Below are positions 26,281 to 39,335 of a stretch of 64,000 bases of DNA, piece after piece. The DNA comes from Cetorhinus maximus (lineage: Eukaryota): NCBI RefSeq assembly GCF_964194155.1, contig NC_135879.1:192014001-192078000 (forward strand). Reading direction: 5' to 3'. Position 1 is the first letter of the stretch. Every line of letters begins with the position of its first letter. The translations under genes were made by a program, and so were the position numbers. The notes under the pieces are model-generated. The model made no database searches. It had not been told where the DNA came from and saw nothing but the letters and a program-made list of their open reading frames with translations.

Positions 26281-26339
26281 ATGTAGGTAATTCCCCAGTC
26301 CTGGCCCTGCTGCTGTGCCTGTCTTTTTTCTGGAAAGAA

Positions 26340-26670
26340 CAAAAACAACTACTTTACTAAGGCAAATGACAAAAAGCTTAGTGAAAGAAGTAGGTTTCAA
26401 GAAATATCTTTGGGGAGGGAATTTCAGAGCCTTGGACCCAGGTCATTGAAGTCACATCCACTGATGATAGAGTGATGCTCTAGAGGTCAGAATTAGAGCG
26501 CAGATATCTCATAGGGTTGTGGGGCTGGCAGAAATGACAGAAAGAAAGCCTTGGAGGGATTTGAGTGAAAATTTCAAAATCGAGACGCTGCTTAACCAGG
26601 AGCCAACGTAGGTCAGCAGGCACAAGGGTGATGGTGAATGGGACTTGGCATGAGTTAGGTTACCAAGGGT
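26340..26670 (-). mobile_element. L2-like LINE 3' fragment
   Basis: Collinear with 47590-47900 (gacaaaaagcttagtgaaagaagtagg...ggaatttcagagc...gctgcttaaccaggagcca). Confidence 0.6.
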
Positions 26671-27159
26671 AGCAGAAATATGCTGTAGCTTATGTTACAA
26701 TCTGGAGCCTTCCAGATGTATGGAGTATGTCCACTAATGTTACTGAGAGCACATGATCATCCATTTAAAAGAGAAAGAACAGTCTTTGTGTCACCGGAAG
26801 TAATTAATGATGACTTAAAAAGAGATGCACTAATTGCCAGTACCAGTTCAGGTTGACCAAAATGACCTAGCTTGGAACTTGAAAAAACTTTCAAGTGTGT
26901 TTTGCTGAAGTTTCAAAAGAATTTGAAAGTGGATAGAACTCGACTTGCTACTGACACACTGAGGTCCTGAGAGACTTACTGCCAAATCTGATATTTTTGC
27001 TCCCACCTACAGTAAGTGAATCTGATTCCCAATGAGAATTCCCTTGATTTCAATTTTAAAAGAGGAGCAAGGGGAGAAGAAACATTGCAGGATGAAGGAA
27101 AGGAGAGTGATATAGCGTATGAGGAGGATGTGCCTACAAAATATTACCCCCAAACACCT

Positions 27160-27370
27160 TCCCGGCCATCCACTGATAAAGGCTTTAGAGGCTGTGCAGT
27201 TCTCATGAAGACCTCATGGAGAAGCTCTGCATGAGAAGTGTGTACTTCACCAAAGAGGCAATGCAAGCCACTACAGGAACATCTGCAGCAAGTGCATCTG
27301 TGCAGATTTTCTGCCTTTGGCTGTAAAGGTGGCACCCATACATCGTTTTAATGTCATAGACTCATTTCAA
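27160..27370 (+). pseudogene. Degenerate PIF/Harbinger (HARBI1-like) transposase N-terminal fragment
   Basis: 27201 onward reads SHEDLMEKLCMRSVYFTKEA; after a frameshift, 27311-27370 reads LPLAVKVAPIHRFNVIDSFQ. These resemble Harbinger motifs SYLDLSEEQCLRRLRF..E and LPVAVKVT.AL.FYASGSFQ (recalled, not searched). Confidence 0.55.
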
Positions 27371-27924
27371 GTGGTGAAATGAATTCATCCTTTTGGCAGA
27401 TCATCAAGGTAGCAGTACAATATAGGCCATCCAGTTTTGTCATATTGCTGGGTTCCTTAAAATACAGCTATGCAATAGATTCAAGCTCCTGCAATTAACC
27501 TTCAACTTTCTTAACTTGAAAGGGTCTTACTTGCAGGATGTTCTAATTGTGGCTGGGATTTTCTGTGCCCACTGGCATTGTGCGTGTTTGATGGTGTGAG
27601 CGGACAATATCGTGAGAAGGCCAAAAATCGGTTTCACAACGTCGTGAAACCTGTTTGCGATCGTCTGCTCAGCCCGTCGATGGCGGACCATGTTTCCCAC
27701 CATCGGACATCGGGAACCTCATTGTATAACATTATAAGCTGCACTCATCCCGCCTCCCCACTGGATCATTTGCCCACGGCGTCAGGAAAACACACTGACA
27801 TATTTGACAACAGAATAAGGCGTGCACTCGGCAGGCTGCACTTCAAGGTTTGTTTGCCTACATTGCTTCGGCGGGCCAGCACTTGCATTCAAATGTGCCA
27901 GGCTTCACAGGCTGCACCACATCA

Positions 27925-28304
27925 CTTTTTTTAAATTATTTTTATTTATTCATTCATTATTAGCTAGGCTAGCATTTATTGCCCATCCCTCATTGCGTTT
28001 GAGCTGGGTGGCTTGCTAGGCCATTTCAGGGGGCATTTAAGAGTCAACCACATTGCTGTGGGTCTGGAGCCATATGTAGGCCAGACCAGGTAAGGACAGC
28101 AGATTCCCTTCCCTAAAGGACATTAGTGAATCAGCTGGGTTTTTACAGCAATCGACAATGGTTTCATGGTCATCATTAGACTTTTAATTCCAGATTGTTA
28201 CTGAATTCAAATTCCACCATCTGCCATGGCAGCATTTGAACCCAGGTCCACTGGGTCTCTGGATTACCAGTTCAGTGACAATAGCACTATGCCACTGCCT
28301 CCCC
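27925..28304 (-). mobile_element. tRNA-derived SINE (full length)
   Basis: Reverse reads ggggaggcagtggcatagtg (A box) ... gggttcaaatgc (B box) ... ctttagggaagg ... cctagcaagcc ... gagggatgggcaataaatgc followed by an A-rich tail. Confidence 0.9.
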
Positions 28305-28639
28305 TTTTAGGCAGGGCTCATGGGTAGGTCTCTACCTAGCAGATCAGCCATCAATGGCTTTTCAATGATTGCAGGGGGAAAGGGGGGAAGTGGCCTCAGG
28401 CAAGGGAAGAGGCTGCAGGACAAGAACTGCACTGGGGAAGGAGGGTAACCCAGGGTCTGTGCAAGTGGCCTCAAGATGGTAAAGGCTGATGAGGCAGTCT
28501 CCACAGGAGATGAGGCTAGATGGACATGTGAGGGTGTGTGTGAGAATAGATGGTGATGTCCCTTGAACTGGCAGTGAGTGAGAAGCCAGTGAATGTGTGA
28601 TGGGCTTGAGTGTGTGAGTTTAGAGTGATGAGATGGTTG

Positions 28640-28875
28640 CCATATCCTGGCTGCATGGATGAGATCATTCATCCTCTATCTGCATTGGATGGCCAAACTC
28701 TTCTCTGCAACATTGGCGCTGATCACCACTGCCATCACCTACCAAGCTGGAGCGGTAATGTTGCTGCCCCTCCTGCAGCCAGTACGGGGGTAGGGGACAT
28801 CAGAGCGGGCCTGCACGGTGTCCAAAAGGCACTCGAGGGATGCAGCCTTCTTGCCTCTTGGGGTGATGTTTTCTT
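28640..28875 (-). pseudogene. Harbinger Myb/SANT-like DNA-binding protein remnant
   Basis: Reads GKKAASLECLLDTVQARSDVPYP...APAW*VMAVVISANVAEKSLAIQCR*RMNDLIHAAR, with the AW..vA and QCRKRxNDL signature and two in-frame stops. Confidence 0.8.
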
Positions 28876-29179
28876 TGCTGCAGTCCTGGGCTTGAAGCAC
28901 TGAGCACTGCTGTACTTTAAATGTGGTGCCCGGCGTGATGAAGCGACGAGATGATGGCGTAGCAGGTGAATGAGAGCCCGCCTGCCATGGAAATAGCATT
29001 TTTCCAGGAAATGCCTCCTATGCATCTCTTGCCTGTTGTTCTGAGAGAGAAGGCTGAATCTCTGGTATATGCTTCTGTTCTGAGAAATGGCACGCGTACT
29101 TGCCAGCTGTCATAATTGTCCTGGTCTCTGGATCTGTGTGTCCACTGATCAATGAACTGGCTGGTGTAATGGCAGACTC

Positions 29180-29262
29180 AGATCAGCCATGATTTTATTT
29201 GAATGGTGGTGCAGGCTTGAGGGGCTGAAAGGCCTACTCCTGCTCTAATTCTTGTTTCGTGT
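29180..29262 (+). mobile_element. CR1 3' tail
   Basis: agatcagccatgattttattgaatggtggtgcaggcttgagggg...ggcctactcctgctc. Confidence 0.8.
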
Positions 29263-30480
29263 TCTGTCACTTATCGCCACCTGGGGAGTAGTCTCAGTTG
29301 TACATCCCAGGCTCCCTCTGAGATGGGATGGCTGTTGCAGATTCCAATGAAAGTGTCATACATTCTATTAACTGCCACCCAATCCAATCACACTTACAAT
29401 GAAGAAAAAGCTTCCCTGGGTTATGCCAAATGAAATTTGTAGAATATTTGTCAGTTGCCGCTTAGCCTCCAACAATGATCTCAAGGCCTACAAATAGGTA
29501 CGATGTTCCTTGAACATCCTTCTCCCTGGGTGACTAGCATGGGTTCTAGGTCTCACAATTTTGAGGCTGTGAGTAGCCTTTTCCTTTTTCGCTGATGGAC
29601 ATATCCACACCCGCTTCCCAATGCTGCTACTCTCTTCTGCTCTGCGAATCATGAACACTAACTAATAACCTGGGTGGTAGTATCTAAGCACTTGCATGGG
29701 AATGAAAATAAAAGAGACACAGGGGATGACGTAAAGGTGGCTGTGGCAGAGAAAAATGGGACAGATCATATTCCAGGGACTAGTGTGTGGCTTTGTACTC
29801 AATATCCTGTTCCTCCTCTTCATCATGGTTTCCACCATAGTTAATAAATAAGTTTTCTTTTACCTTTGGATGTCAAGAAGTCATTGACAAATGGCACCCA
29901 AAATGTTTACTTGCAACCTTAGGAAATAAACCTGCAAAACAGGGATTGAGCCGGTGAATGAGACTGACTTGGTTGCTCCAAGGGGAGCCAGCATGGGCTT
30001 GATGGGCCAAATGGCCTCCCTCTGTGCCATAAAATTACTCTTTGACTCTCTGTTAATGACTCTCCCCATCATTCTCTGCTTGCAGAGATGGATCTGTAGG
30101 ATACAAGGTAAGAATTGGTGAACATAACCATTTGGAGACTAAGGCCACAGAGATGGATCTGCACTGCCTCATAACAAGGTGACTGTCCAGGTATGCACGC
30201 AGATCAGCCCCCTTGAAACTTTGTGCTATTCTTTTGTGCCTATTTCCAAGGCCCTGCTTCTACCTTTGGATGTCTCTGGACTTGAAGATATATTTTTTAA
30301 ATGTACCACAAACTCTCACATGAATCATCTACAAGCATATCTGACAGTCAGTTTTAGTCTGGCAAAATGTCGTCTACTCACCAGCAGCAACTCCAGTCTG
30401 CTACTGCAATCTTTGGCCAATTTAGGCTCTTTAAAAGACTACTGCTGCAATTTTCATTTTCCCAGTGCAATAATCTTGTG

Positions 30481-33400
30481 GAACATAGAATGGCTACAGT
30501 ACTGAAGGAGTCCATTCAGTCCGTCATGTCTGCACTGGTCCTCTGAAAGAGCAATTGACCTAGTGCCACTCAAATTTTTTCTTTTCAGATTATGACCTTG
30601 CCTCCACCATACTCTCAGGCAGTGCATTCCAGACCCTAACCACTCACTGCACGAAAAACTTCTCCTGACGTCACATTGCTTCTTTTGTCAATCACCTTAA
30701 ATCTGTGCCCTCTGGTTCTTGATCCTTCCACCAATGGGAACCGTTTCTCCAAATCTACCGTGTCCAGACCCCTCATGATTTTGAACACCTCTACCAAATT
30801 TCCTCTCAATCTTCTCTTCTTCAAGGAGAACAATTCCAACTTCTCCAATCTTTCTACGTAACTGAAGTTCCTCATCCCTGGAACCATTCTCGTGAATCTT
30901 TTCTGCACTATTCCTAATACTTTCACATCCTTCCTAACGTGTGCTGCCCAGAACTAGACACAATGCTCCAGTTGTGGCTAAACTAGTGTTTTATGCAGGT
31001 ATAACAAAGCTTCCTTGCTTTTGTACTCTTTGCCCCAATTGATAAAGCCTAGGATTGTTAATTGCTCTCAATCTGTTCTGCCACCTTCAATGATTTATGC
31101 ACATATACACCCAGGTCCCTATCCTCCTGCAGCCACTTAGAATTGCACCCTTTATTTTATATTGTCTCTCTGTATTCTTCCAACCAAGATGAATCACTTC
31201 ACACTTCTCTGCATGAAATTTAATCTGCCATTTGTCCATCCATTCCATCTATGTCCTATTGAAGTTTTACACTAGCCTCTTCATGGCTCACAATACTTCT
31301 AAGGTTCGTGTCATCTACAAATTTTGAAATTGTGCCCTGTACATCAAAGTCTAGGTTATTAATATATATCAGCAGGAGCAGGGGTCCTATCAACAACCCC
31401 TGGGGACTCCACTATAAACCATCCTCCAGTCCAAAAACAACCATTCACCTCTACTCTCTGTTTCCTGTCACTCAGCCAATTTTGTATTCATGTTGTTACT
31501 ATCCCTTTTATTCCATGAGCTATAACTTTTCTGACAAGTCTGTTGTGCGGCATATTATCAAACACCTTTTAGAAGCCCATGTACACCACATCTACAGCAT
31601 TACTTTCAACAACGCTCTCTGTTACCTCAAAAATCTCAAGCAAATTCATTAAATGTCATTTTACCTGAACAAATCCTTTAATTAACTTGCATTTGCCTAA
31701 GTGACTATTAATTTTATCCCGAATTACCATTTCTAAAAACTTCCCCGCCACCGAGGTTAACCTGACTGGCCTGTAGTTGCTGGGCTTATCTTCTACACTC
31801 TTTTTTGAAGAAAGGTGTAACATTTGCAATTCTCCAGTCCTCTGGCACCACTCCTGAGTCTAACAAAGATTGGAAAATCATGACCAGTGCCTCCACAATT
31901 TTGCATTCTCACTTCCCTCAGTATCCTTGGATGCATCTCATCTGGTTCTGGTGCCTTTTCAACTTTAAACAGAAAGTTTATCCAAGGACTCCTGCTTATC
32001 AATTTTAAACCCTTCAAGTGTCTGAATTATCTCCTCTTTCAGCATGATCTTTTTTTGAATTCTTTCATGGCATGTGGGCATCACTGGCAAGACCAATATT
32101 TGTTGCCCATCCCTAATTGGCCTTGAACTGAGTGGCTTGTTAGGCCATTTCAGAGGGTGGGCCACGTTATTGTGGATATGGAGTCACAGGTAGGCAGACG
32201 AGGTAAGGATGGCAGATTTCTTTCCCTAAAGGACATTAGTGAACTAGATGGGTTTTTATGACAACCAACAATAGTTTCATGGCACTATTACTAAGACTAG
32301 CTTTCAATTCCAGATTTATGAATTGAATTTAAATTCCAACAGCTGCCTTGGTGAGATTTGAACTCATGACCCCAGAGCATTAGCCTGGGCCTCTGGATTA
32401 CTAGTCAAGTGACATTACCACAATGCCCCCAGAGAGAGGTTGGGCAGCATCTTCTTCCTTGGTAAAGACAGATGCAAAGTATTCATTTAATACCTCAGCC
32501 ATGTCCCCTGCCTCCATGCGTTAATCCCCCTTTTGGTCTTTAATCAGCTCCACCCCTTCTTTTACCACCCATTTACTATTTATATGCCTACTAAAGTCCT
32601 ATGGATTCCTTTTATATTAACTGCCAGTCTCTTCTTATGCTCTCTCTTTGCTTCTCTTCTCAAGGGAATTTACCATGACTGTACTCCATCTATCTAATCT
32701 TTAAGGTCAGCCCATTGTTCAGTTATAGTTTTACCTGCTAACCTTTGATTCCAATTTATCTGGGTCAGATCCATTCTTACCCCATTGAAGTTGGCTTTCC
32801 CCCCAGTTAATTATTCTTATTCTGGATTGCTCCTTGTCCTTTTCCATAGTCAAACTAAACTTTATGAAATGATGATCACTGTCTCCTAAATATTCCCCTG
32901 TTGACACTTGGCCCACCTCATTCTCAAGAACCCAGCCCTGCAATGCCTCATTTCTCAGTGGACTGGAAATAAACTGCTGTAGAAAATTCTCCTGAACACG
33001 CCTTAGGTACTCTTGTCCCTCTCTGTCCTTTACACTACTGCTATTCCAGTCTATATTTGGGTAAAGTTCCTCATTATAACTACTCTATAATTCTTTCACC
33101 TCTCTGTAATTCCCTTGCAAATTTGTTCCTCTATATCCTTCCTAATAGTTGGTGGCCTACAGACTACACCAAGCAACATAGTCACATCTTTCTTACTTCT
33201 TAGCTCTAGCTAAATGGATCCTGCCCTTGACCCCTTTGGGACATCCTCTCCAGCACTGCAATGTTTTCCTTAATCAATATTGCTACCCTAGGCCCTTTCT
33301 TTCCTATCTTTCCTGACACCTTGTATCCAAGAATATCTAATATTCAGCCCTGTACTTTTTAGAGTAAGCTCTCTGTCATCACCATACCATCAATATCCAT

Positions 33401-34445
33401 GTGGATATCTGCATCTGCAACTCACCAATCTTAATTACTACACTCCGTGCATTCACATATATGCACTGTAACCCTCATTTAGACTTCATTACTTTTCCTT
33501 TTATGCTGGCCCCACATAAGATCTTACTATTTCCTAATACCTTATTCTAGTACTCTCTCTCTCAATATTCTTTCCACTCTGTGGGAATCTCCCATGCCCC
33601 TGCCAAGTTAAATTAAACCCTCCTCAATTGCATTACCAAGTCACCCCACAAGTAAATTGGTCCCGGCTCTGTTTAGGTGCAACCCATCCAGTCTGTGCAT
33701 GTTCCATCTACCGCAGGAATGATTCCAATGTCCGAAGAATCTAAAACCCTTCCTCCTGCATGATCTCTCCATCCACACACTCATGTGCTCTATTCTCCTA
33801 TTTCGCTATTCACTTGCGTGTGGTACTGGAGGTAATCCAGAGATTACTATTTTTGATGTCCTGCTTGCTAATTTCCCATCTAGATCCCTAAATTCTGACT
33901 GCAGAGACACATCCCTCTTTCCACCTATGTTGTTGGTATTGATGTGGTCCATGATTGCTGGCTGTTCACCCTTCTACATCTGGCTGCTCTGCAGCTGTTC
34001 AGTGACATCCTTGACCCTGGCACCAGGCAGGCAATATACCATCTTGGTGTCACGTCTGCAGCTGCAGAAACACCTGTTGGTTCCTCTAACTATTGAATCT
34101 CCTATCACTAATGCTCTTCCAGTCTTTTTTGTTCCCCCCTGTACAGCTGAGCCAGCCATGATGCCATGGGCTTAGCTTGGGCTGCACTCCTGAGATGAAC
34201 CATTGCTTTCATCAGTATTCAGAACTGAATATTGGCTGGACAGTGAGATGCATTCAGGGGACTCCTGCATTATCTGCCTATTTCTTCTTGACTGCCAGAT
34301 GGTCACCCATTCTCTCACTCCCTGCATACTCTTAAGATGTGGGGTGACCATATCTATAAATATGCTATCCACGAAGCTCTCAACCCCATGGGTGTACTGC
34401 AGTGATGCCAGCTGTTGTTCAAGGTCTGAAACCTGGGCTCTGAAG
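30481..34445 (-). mobile_element. Near full-length CR1 LINE (ORF1 esterase, ORF2 endonuclease and RT), mutated, with SINE insertion
   Basis: ORF1: QVSDLEQQLASL (zipper) and ALVIGDSIVRG...CLPGARVKDV (SGNH/GDSL esterase-like). EN: GEYLGDSDHHFIKF. Tether: KAPEPDEMHPRILRE. RT end: QKRFTRMVPGMRNFSYVERLEKL...RTRGHRFK. Confidence 0.95.
32048..32432 (-). mobile_element. tRNA-derived SINE inserted into CR1 ORF2
   Basis: Same family as 27925 and 44138; junction on the minus strand reads gccactcagtt|caaggccaattagggatgggc. Confidence 0.9.
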
Positions 34446-34841
34446 CCCGCTGTCAGCCAACCCCTCATCTGTGCTGCTGACCCCCATGGACCCCCTCTCT
34501 CCGCAAACCCCACTCTCCAAGACAACCCCCCAACAGCACTTACCTTTTTCCTGGGTCACTCTGCGATCCTGGGACTCCAGGGGGTGTTGTTCAAGCAGCA
34601 GCCACGGCCTTCTCTGTGGCGCTGCTGAGTGGAAGAGCTGTCGGCCTCCGAATAGCTAGCAGCTCTTGGCAGGCAGTACGTCGTATCCCGGGGTCCTCAG
34701 TTGAGAGGAAGGCCCACCACTGTCCTCCTATCACCTGATGGACAGAGATACGGTGGGCCTCCCTCCTCAGAGTCAATGTAGGTGTCTTGCCACTTTCTCA
34801 GGCAGTGGGTGAGACACTGCCGAGGTCGGAAGATTCCACCC
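34446..34841. mobile_element. Partial Harbinger-like non-autonomous element
   Basis: Right terminus ggaagattccaccc|AAT; interior similar to 54035-54613 (cagc...ccaat/ctatt...ggaggcc..cagctct). Confidence 0.55.
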
Positions 34842-36815
34842 AATGTCTCTGCGTGTAACACCAGCATTTTCAGTGCCAAGATGGATACGGATTAAGAGAG
34901 GGAATTTGACTGAAGGAAATTCCTACCTATTATGTCGTCTCTTTATCACCTTAGCATCTATAATGTAATTTTCAGAATTATTCACTCCTGAAACTGGTAA
35001 TCTGAGGTGCAATACACCTTTAAGAGAATGTGAGCAGATTGACCACATGACTGTATTACCCAATGGCTGCATACTGCGGGCTCCAATGTTAATCAATAGT
35101 TTAGAATAGGGTCTGGTTGGAGGAGCACACATTGTGTTAGTGCTGTTACTTGTGTAAATAAACAGCATGTACTTCACCTTACATTGGTCTCTGCGTCTGC
35201 TACTTGTTGCCAACTCAATAGGTGTGCAACTGTGTTCGCGAGCAAAACGACCCAACAGAAATAACAAAACAAATACCTAGCTTGCTATATCTTTGCCAAT
35301 ATTCCTCCGGGTCACTACAGCATTTTCCATACAGTCAGTATAAACTATTACTCCCCTTTGTATCATTATATTTCCAGTATTGATGCTTTAAAAAAACATT
35401 CATGCCTTATCTTTGTGCTTTCACATAACTTCTCCCACTGGTACTCGAGTCCTTGGCATTGAGTTGACACTTTAGGTGACAGATTGCCATTCTAGTTACC
35501 TCCTTTATGTGGTAGGGCATTGTCCGCCAGAAATGTATACACGAGTGTTTGCACGGTTTCTATTGCATCTGATATTAAACTAGTCTGCAGGGTCCATCAT
35601 GATTGGTTTTGTCTTTTGATAAATTTCAGTGAGCAAATATATTTGCAGGAATTATAGATTTTGAAACTGTAACTGCTCTCACTATTTTGTTGCGAGTTTG
35701 TCATTTACCATTGAATGCTTATCCTTAGTGTTTATCGTTTTATTTAAATATGTTCGATGGAACTTTGTGATGGAGATTTTCAGTTCGGGAGAAGGGAAGA
35801 ATTACTTTCCCCTCCTCATTGCTGAGACTCATCTTAAACTGCTTTGGATTTCAATAGGAACACAATAGGGTAAGTATCAAATTATTTCATAGACATATAT
35901 TTAAACACTGTACATGAAACACTTCCGGGACACATGTCCTCATGGAAAGTCCAAACTCAGAAATAAGGATTTGTCTAGCTGCTGGATATGTAGCTGCTGG
36001 ATATGCACAAGGCAATAAATATTTCTGTGAGATTTTCTTTCTTTGTTAAGGGTGGCATCCCACAGAGTTTTAAAACCTTCTCCTCTTCTGTGTAAAGAGT
36101 GCCAGGCTGAACTGAAGATTGATAAATATTGAACTATACATTGCACAAGTGATCACCAGCAGTTAAACCATTAAAATGCAAAAAAAAACCTCTTAAGTTG
36201 TACAGAAAGAAATCTGCTTAGATATCAAATACCACACATTGGGAACTTGAGGACATAAATAACAAATATATAATAGTCAAAGTACTAACTGTTTCTGTTT
36301 TAGAAGAATCGGCAGGTTTAAAACTTTTAAAACAAATGTGATTATTTTTCCTCTTAACAATGACAGGAGTTTGACAGCTTCAACTTTTTGGGACGGTTCC
36401 AAATGGCATGATGTACATCGGCACCCACAGAGAGCAGATATGGAGGGAAGCTCAGTGTGCGATGGGGCCTCTTCCAGATGTGCCCTGCTCTCTCATTTTC
36501 ATTTCCGCTTTTGAAAGAGAAACAGATTGCCGCTTTCTGGACCGAGGCTCATTCGCATTCCGTTTGTAGCAACAAACACCAATTTTTATTTTTTTTTCTT
36601 TCCTTTCTCCAGCAGTGATTATGAAAATGTGGCATTTATTTGATTTTGCATGGAGGACAACCAGCAGGAACTCGTGATTACTTCCAGCATAGGCTCATTT
36701 TTTTCTGTCCCATAAGACAGATGTGTTTTCAGCCTGAGCTTTTTTTTTCGGCATTTTGTCGTACAAATTAGAACTAATTCTGTACAAAATATTCTAAAAT
36801 TCATTTCGTGCTTAC

Positions 36816-36872
36816 CCAGCACCTTTGGTGTCTGTGGCCCCAGCACAGATGAGGCTTAATGATGGTCTCACA
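36816..36872 (-). CDS. Candidate 57-nt exon of an unidentified host gene
   Basis: Minus strand reads tctattttttttccag|TGTGAGACC...GGTGCTGG|gtaagcac. Strong acceptor and donor, 57 nt, open in two frames (VRPSLSLICAGATDTKGA or CETIIKPHLCWGHRHQRCW), in a block with no recognisable repeats. Confidence 0.3.
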
Positions 36873-37104
36873 CTGGAAAAAAAAATAGAACCAAATGCCC
36901 GATGATTAGGTTTCGCACTGTTCATCAATCTGGCGGTCGTCTTGCATGTTGCCAGTGTCTCAGCCCTAATTACTATACTTCTCATGATAGAGTTGTTGTA
37001 GAGAAACATACCATATAAAGTGGGAATATTTAACCCTCTCATGGGATGTATGCATTGTCTCATCCTATACTGAAGTTGATGAATTCTTTTCAAGGAAACA
37101 ACAA

Positions 37105-37210
37105 AAGAAAAAACTTGCATTAATATAGTGCCTTACTTAACCTCAGGACGCTTTAAAGCATTTCTTAGCTATTGCAGTACTTTTGAAATATAGTCACTGT
37201 TGTAATACAG
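37105..37210 (-). mobile_element. DeuSINE (SacSINE1/AmnSINE1-like) 3' tail
   Basis: aacttgcattaatatagtgcc...cctcaggacgctttaaagc...gtacttttgaa is the reverse of the tails at 43875-43968 and 55305-55445. Confidence 0.55.
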
Positions 37211-37394
37211 GAGGAGTTCCAATGTTCAATCCTCCTTGTCCCATTTTCCATGTCCTATATTCTTGTGTCCCATTGTCCAAACTAATCTGTCTTTATAATT
37301 TCTCCTCATCCTGAAAGGTCACCAGCATTCACAAATTATATCAAAAGAAGGGACTTCCAAAAGAAATTTAAACCAAGCTGCGGAAATAGATCAG

Positions 37395-37620
37395 TTGCCC
37401 TATGCACAACTGAACCCCAATAGACAGGGAAACCCCAAGTCTGATTCCTGGTTAGCTTCAGTCAGTAAGATGATTGTAAACCCCTCAGTTTTCTTGAGCT
37501 AAGCACAGGAAAAATCACGTTAGAAAGCTTTGCTGTTCCTGATCAATGTCCGGCTGGAGAATAGATGATCATTGAGTGAAGAGAGTACTGAGCTCAGCTG
37601 TGATCTTTGCATCCCTTGCT
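37395..37620 (+). mobile_element. Old SINE-like repeat family A
   Basis: Similar to 945-1300 and 54690-54970. Confidence 0.45.
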
Positions 37621-39335
37621 CCCTCACCCCCTCATTGCTCCTCACCAACCCCAGTTGATTTGCTCATTAACATTCACTTTCCAAATTCATACACAAAACA
37701 TGAAGGAACTGGATCAGTTTCGGAACGGCTGCTGGTGCTTGTAGATACATTGCATGATCCAGCAGCAGTCAATGCTTTAAAGAGAGGGATAAAAATGTCA
37801 GGAGAGGAAAATAGTAGCTGAAAAGGTAGCTGCAAATAATAAACAGGAATAGCTGACACCATTCAGCCCTCTTGCTTGGATCATGCTTTATGTCGGTCAC
37901 TCAGAAATCTGGCATCGATGACAGTGAAGTCCATCGCTCATGTGGTCTCCCTTTGAATGAGGGAGAGGAAAAGAGGATGCTGCATTGCCCCAATATTGGT
38001 CCACTAAGGAGAATTTTTTTTTATACATGAAGTGACTTCTATAGAGTTGAAAAAATGTGACAAAGCTGACCAAGGAACAATCACAAACCTATCAAAAGCA
38101 TGTTACAATATTTGTTGAAATGTGATTGGCTAAGAGATGTGCTGTGTGGAACAACATATCCAACCTTAGACAATTAATTATTCATTCATTCTGCTGCCTG
38201 AGGACATTGCTTGATTAGTACAATGAAGAAGCTTCATTATTAATGAAAACTATATGCCAGGATTAAAATTGACTGTTGCAATTTTTGGCCACCAATTTCT
38301 AACAGATTGTGCAGATACTTTTTTAAAAAAGCACAAATGTTAGAAACCTGAAGTAAAATTGAAAATGTTGGACATAGATAGCAGGTAAGCCAGTGAGTTG
38401 ATTTCAAACTCTTATCTTTAAATTCAAATACCTCAATGACCTCACTTCACCTTACATTGATGACGTCCTCCAGCTGCACTTATCCTCCATTCCTCTGAAC
38501 CCTGGGTGATTTCATCCAACTCTTTTTTCAACTCCACGACTAATAACACCTCATTCAGCAACTATGCTACTGCCCTTTGAAGCCTCTTGCTAGTTCCCTT
38601 CTTCCTTGCTTCATTCTCTTCAACTCTGCTTTATACTTCATACAAACTTTCTCAAAAATGGTTTGAAGGATGAACCATCAAGTTATTCATCTTAATTCTA
38701 ATGCTGAGAATGTGCTTGAAAATGTTACGAGAGACAGTTTAAGGCAGCATCTTGAGGAACAAGGCAGTTAGCATGGTTTTAAGGGTGGGAAACCATGCTG
38801 AACTAATTTATTAAATTCCTATAAGGAGTTAACAGACCCAAGAGATAAGAGGAAGGCAGTGCATCTACTTGGATTTCAGGAAATGATTCAACACTGCCCC
38901 ACATAATAGGCTAGGTCCAAGCCTTTAGATGGTTGGGAACATATGAAAATAGAATAGCAAGTGGTTGGCTGGTAGATGACAGTCGATAGAAGTGCTTGGT
39001 CACCTGGTTGGCTGCTAGTTACCAGTCTGCCACTAAATTCAACATTATTATAACTTCTGCAAATAAATTAGAGGATGAAAATATGTCCAAAATATCCAAA
39101 TTTGAACACAATACCAAATTGGGAGGAATGGCAAATGATGAATGTCAATGCACACAAGTGCAAAAGGATCTCAACAAGCATGATCAGTGGGCAGAGGAAT
39201 GACAGGTGCAACTTAGTACAAGGAAATGTAAGATTATGAGACTTATGAAAGGAAAGGTACTAGAGAGGCTTGTGCTTGAGATATTGGAGCAGGAAAAGGA
39301 TCTTGTCATTTTAATAGATAGGATACTAAAACCAT

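Larger units (their letters stand above)
27551..29020 (-). mobile_element. Harbinger element remnant carrying a Myb/SANT-like ORF; SINE inserted inside
   Basis: Left TIR ggctgggatttt; contains the Myb-like pseudogene at 28640-28875. Confidence 0.7.

Noticed and set aside
29864-29931. Minus-strand exon-like segment with ttttgcag acceptor
   Set aside because: Stops in all frames, and the acceptor lies within a CR1 3' UTR remnant.
30083-30182. 14-bp repeat cagagatggatctg, each copy followed by acaag|gt
   Set aside because: Too short to distinguish from a trivial local duplication; the implied 22- and 28-nt exons are unsupported.
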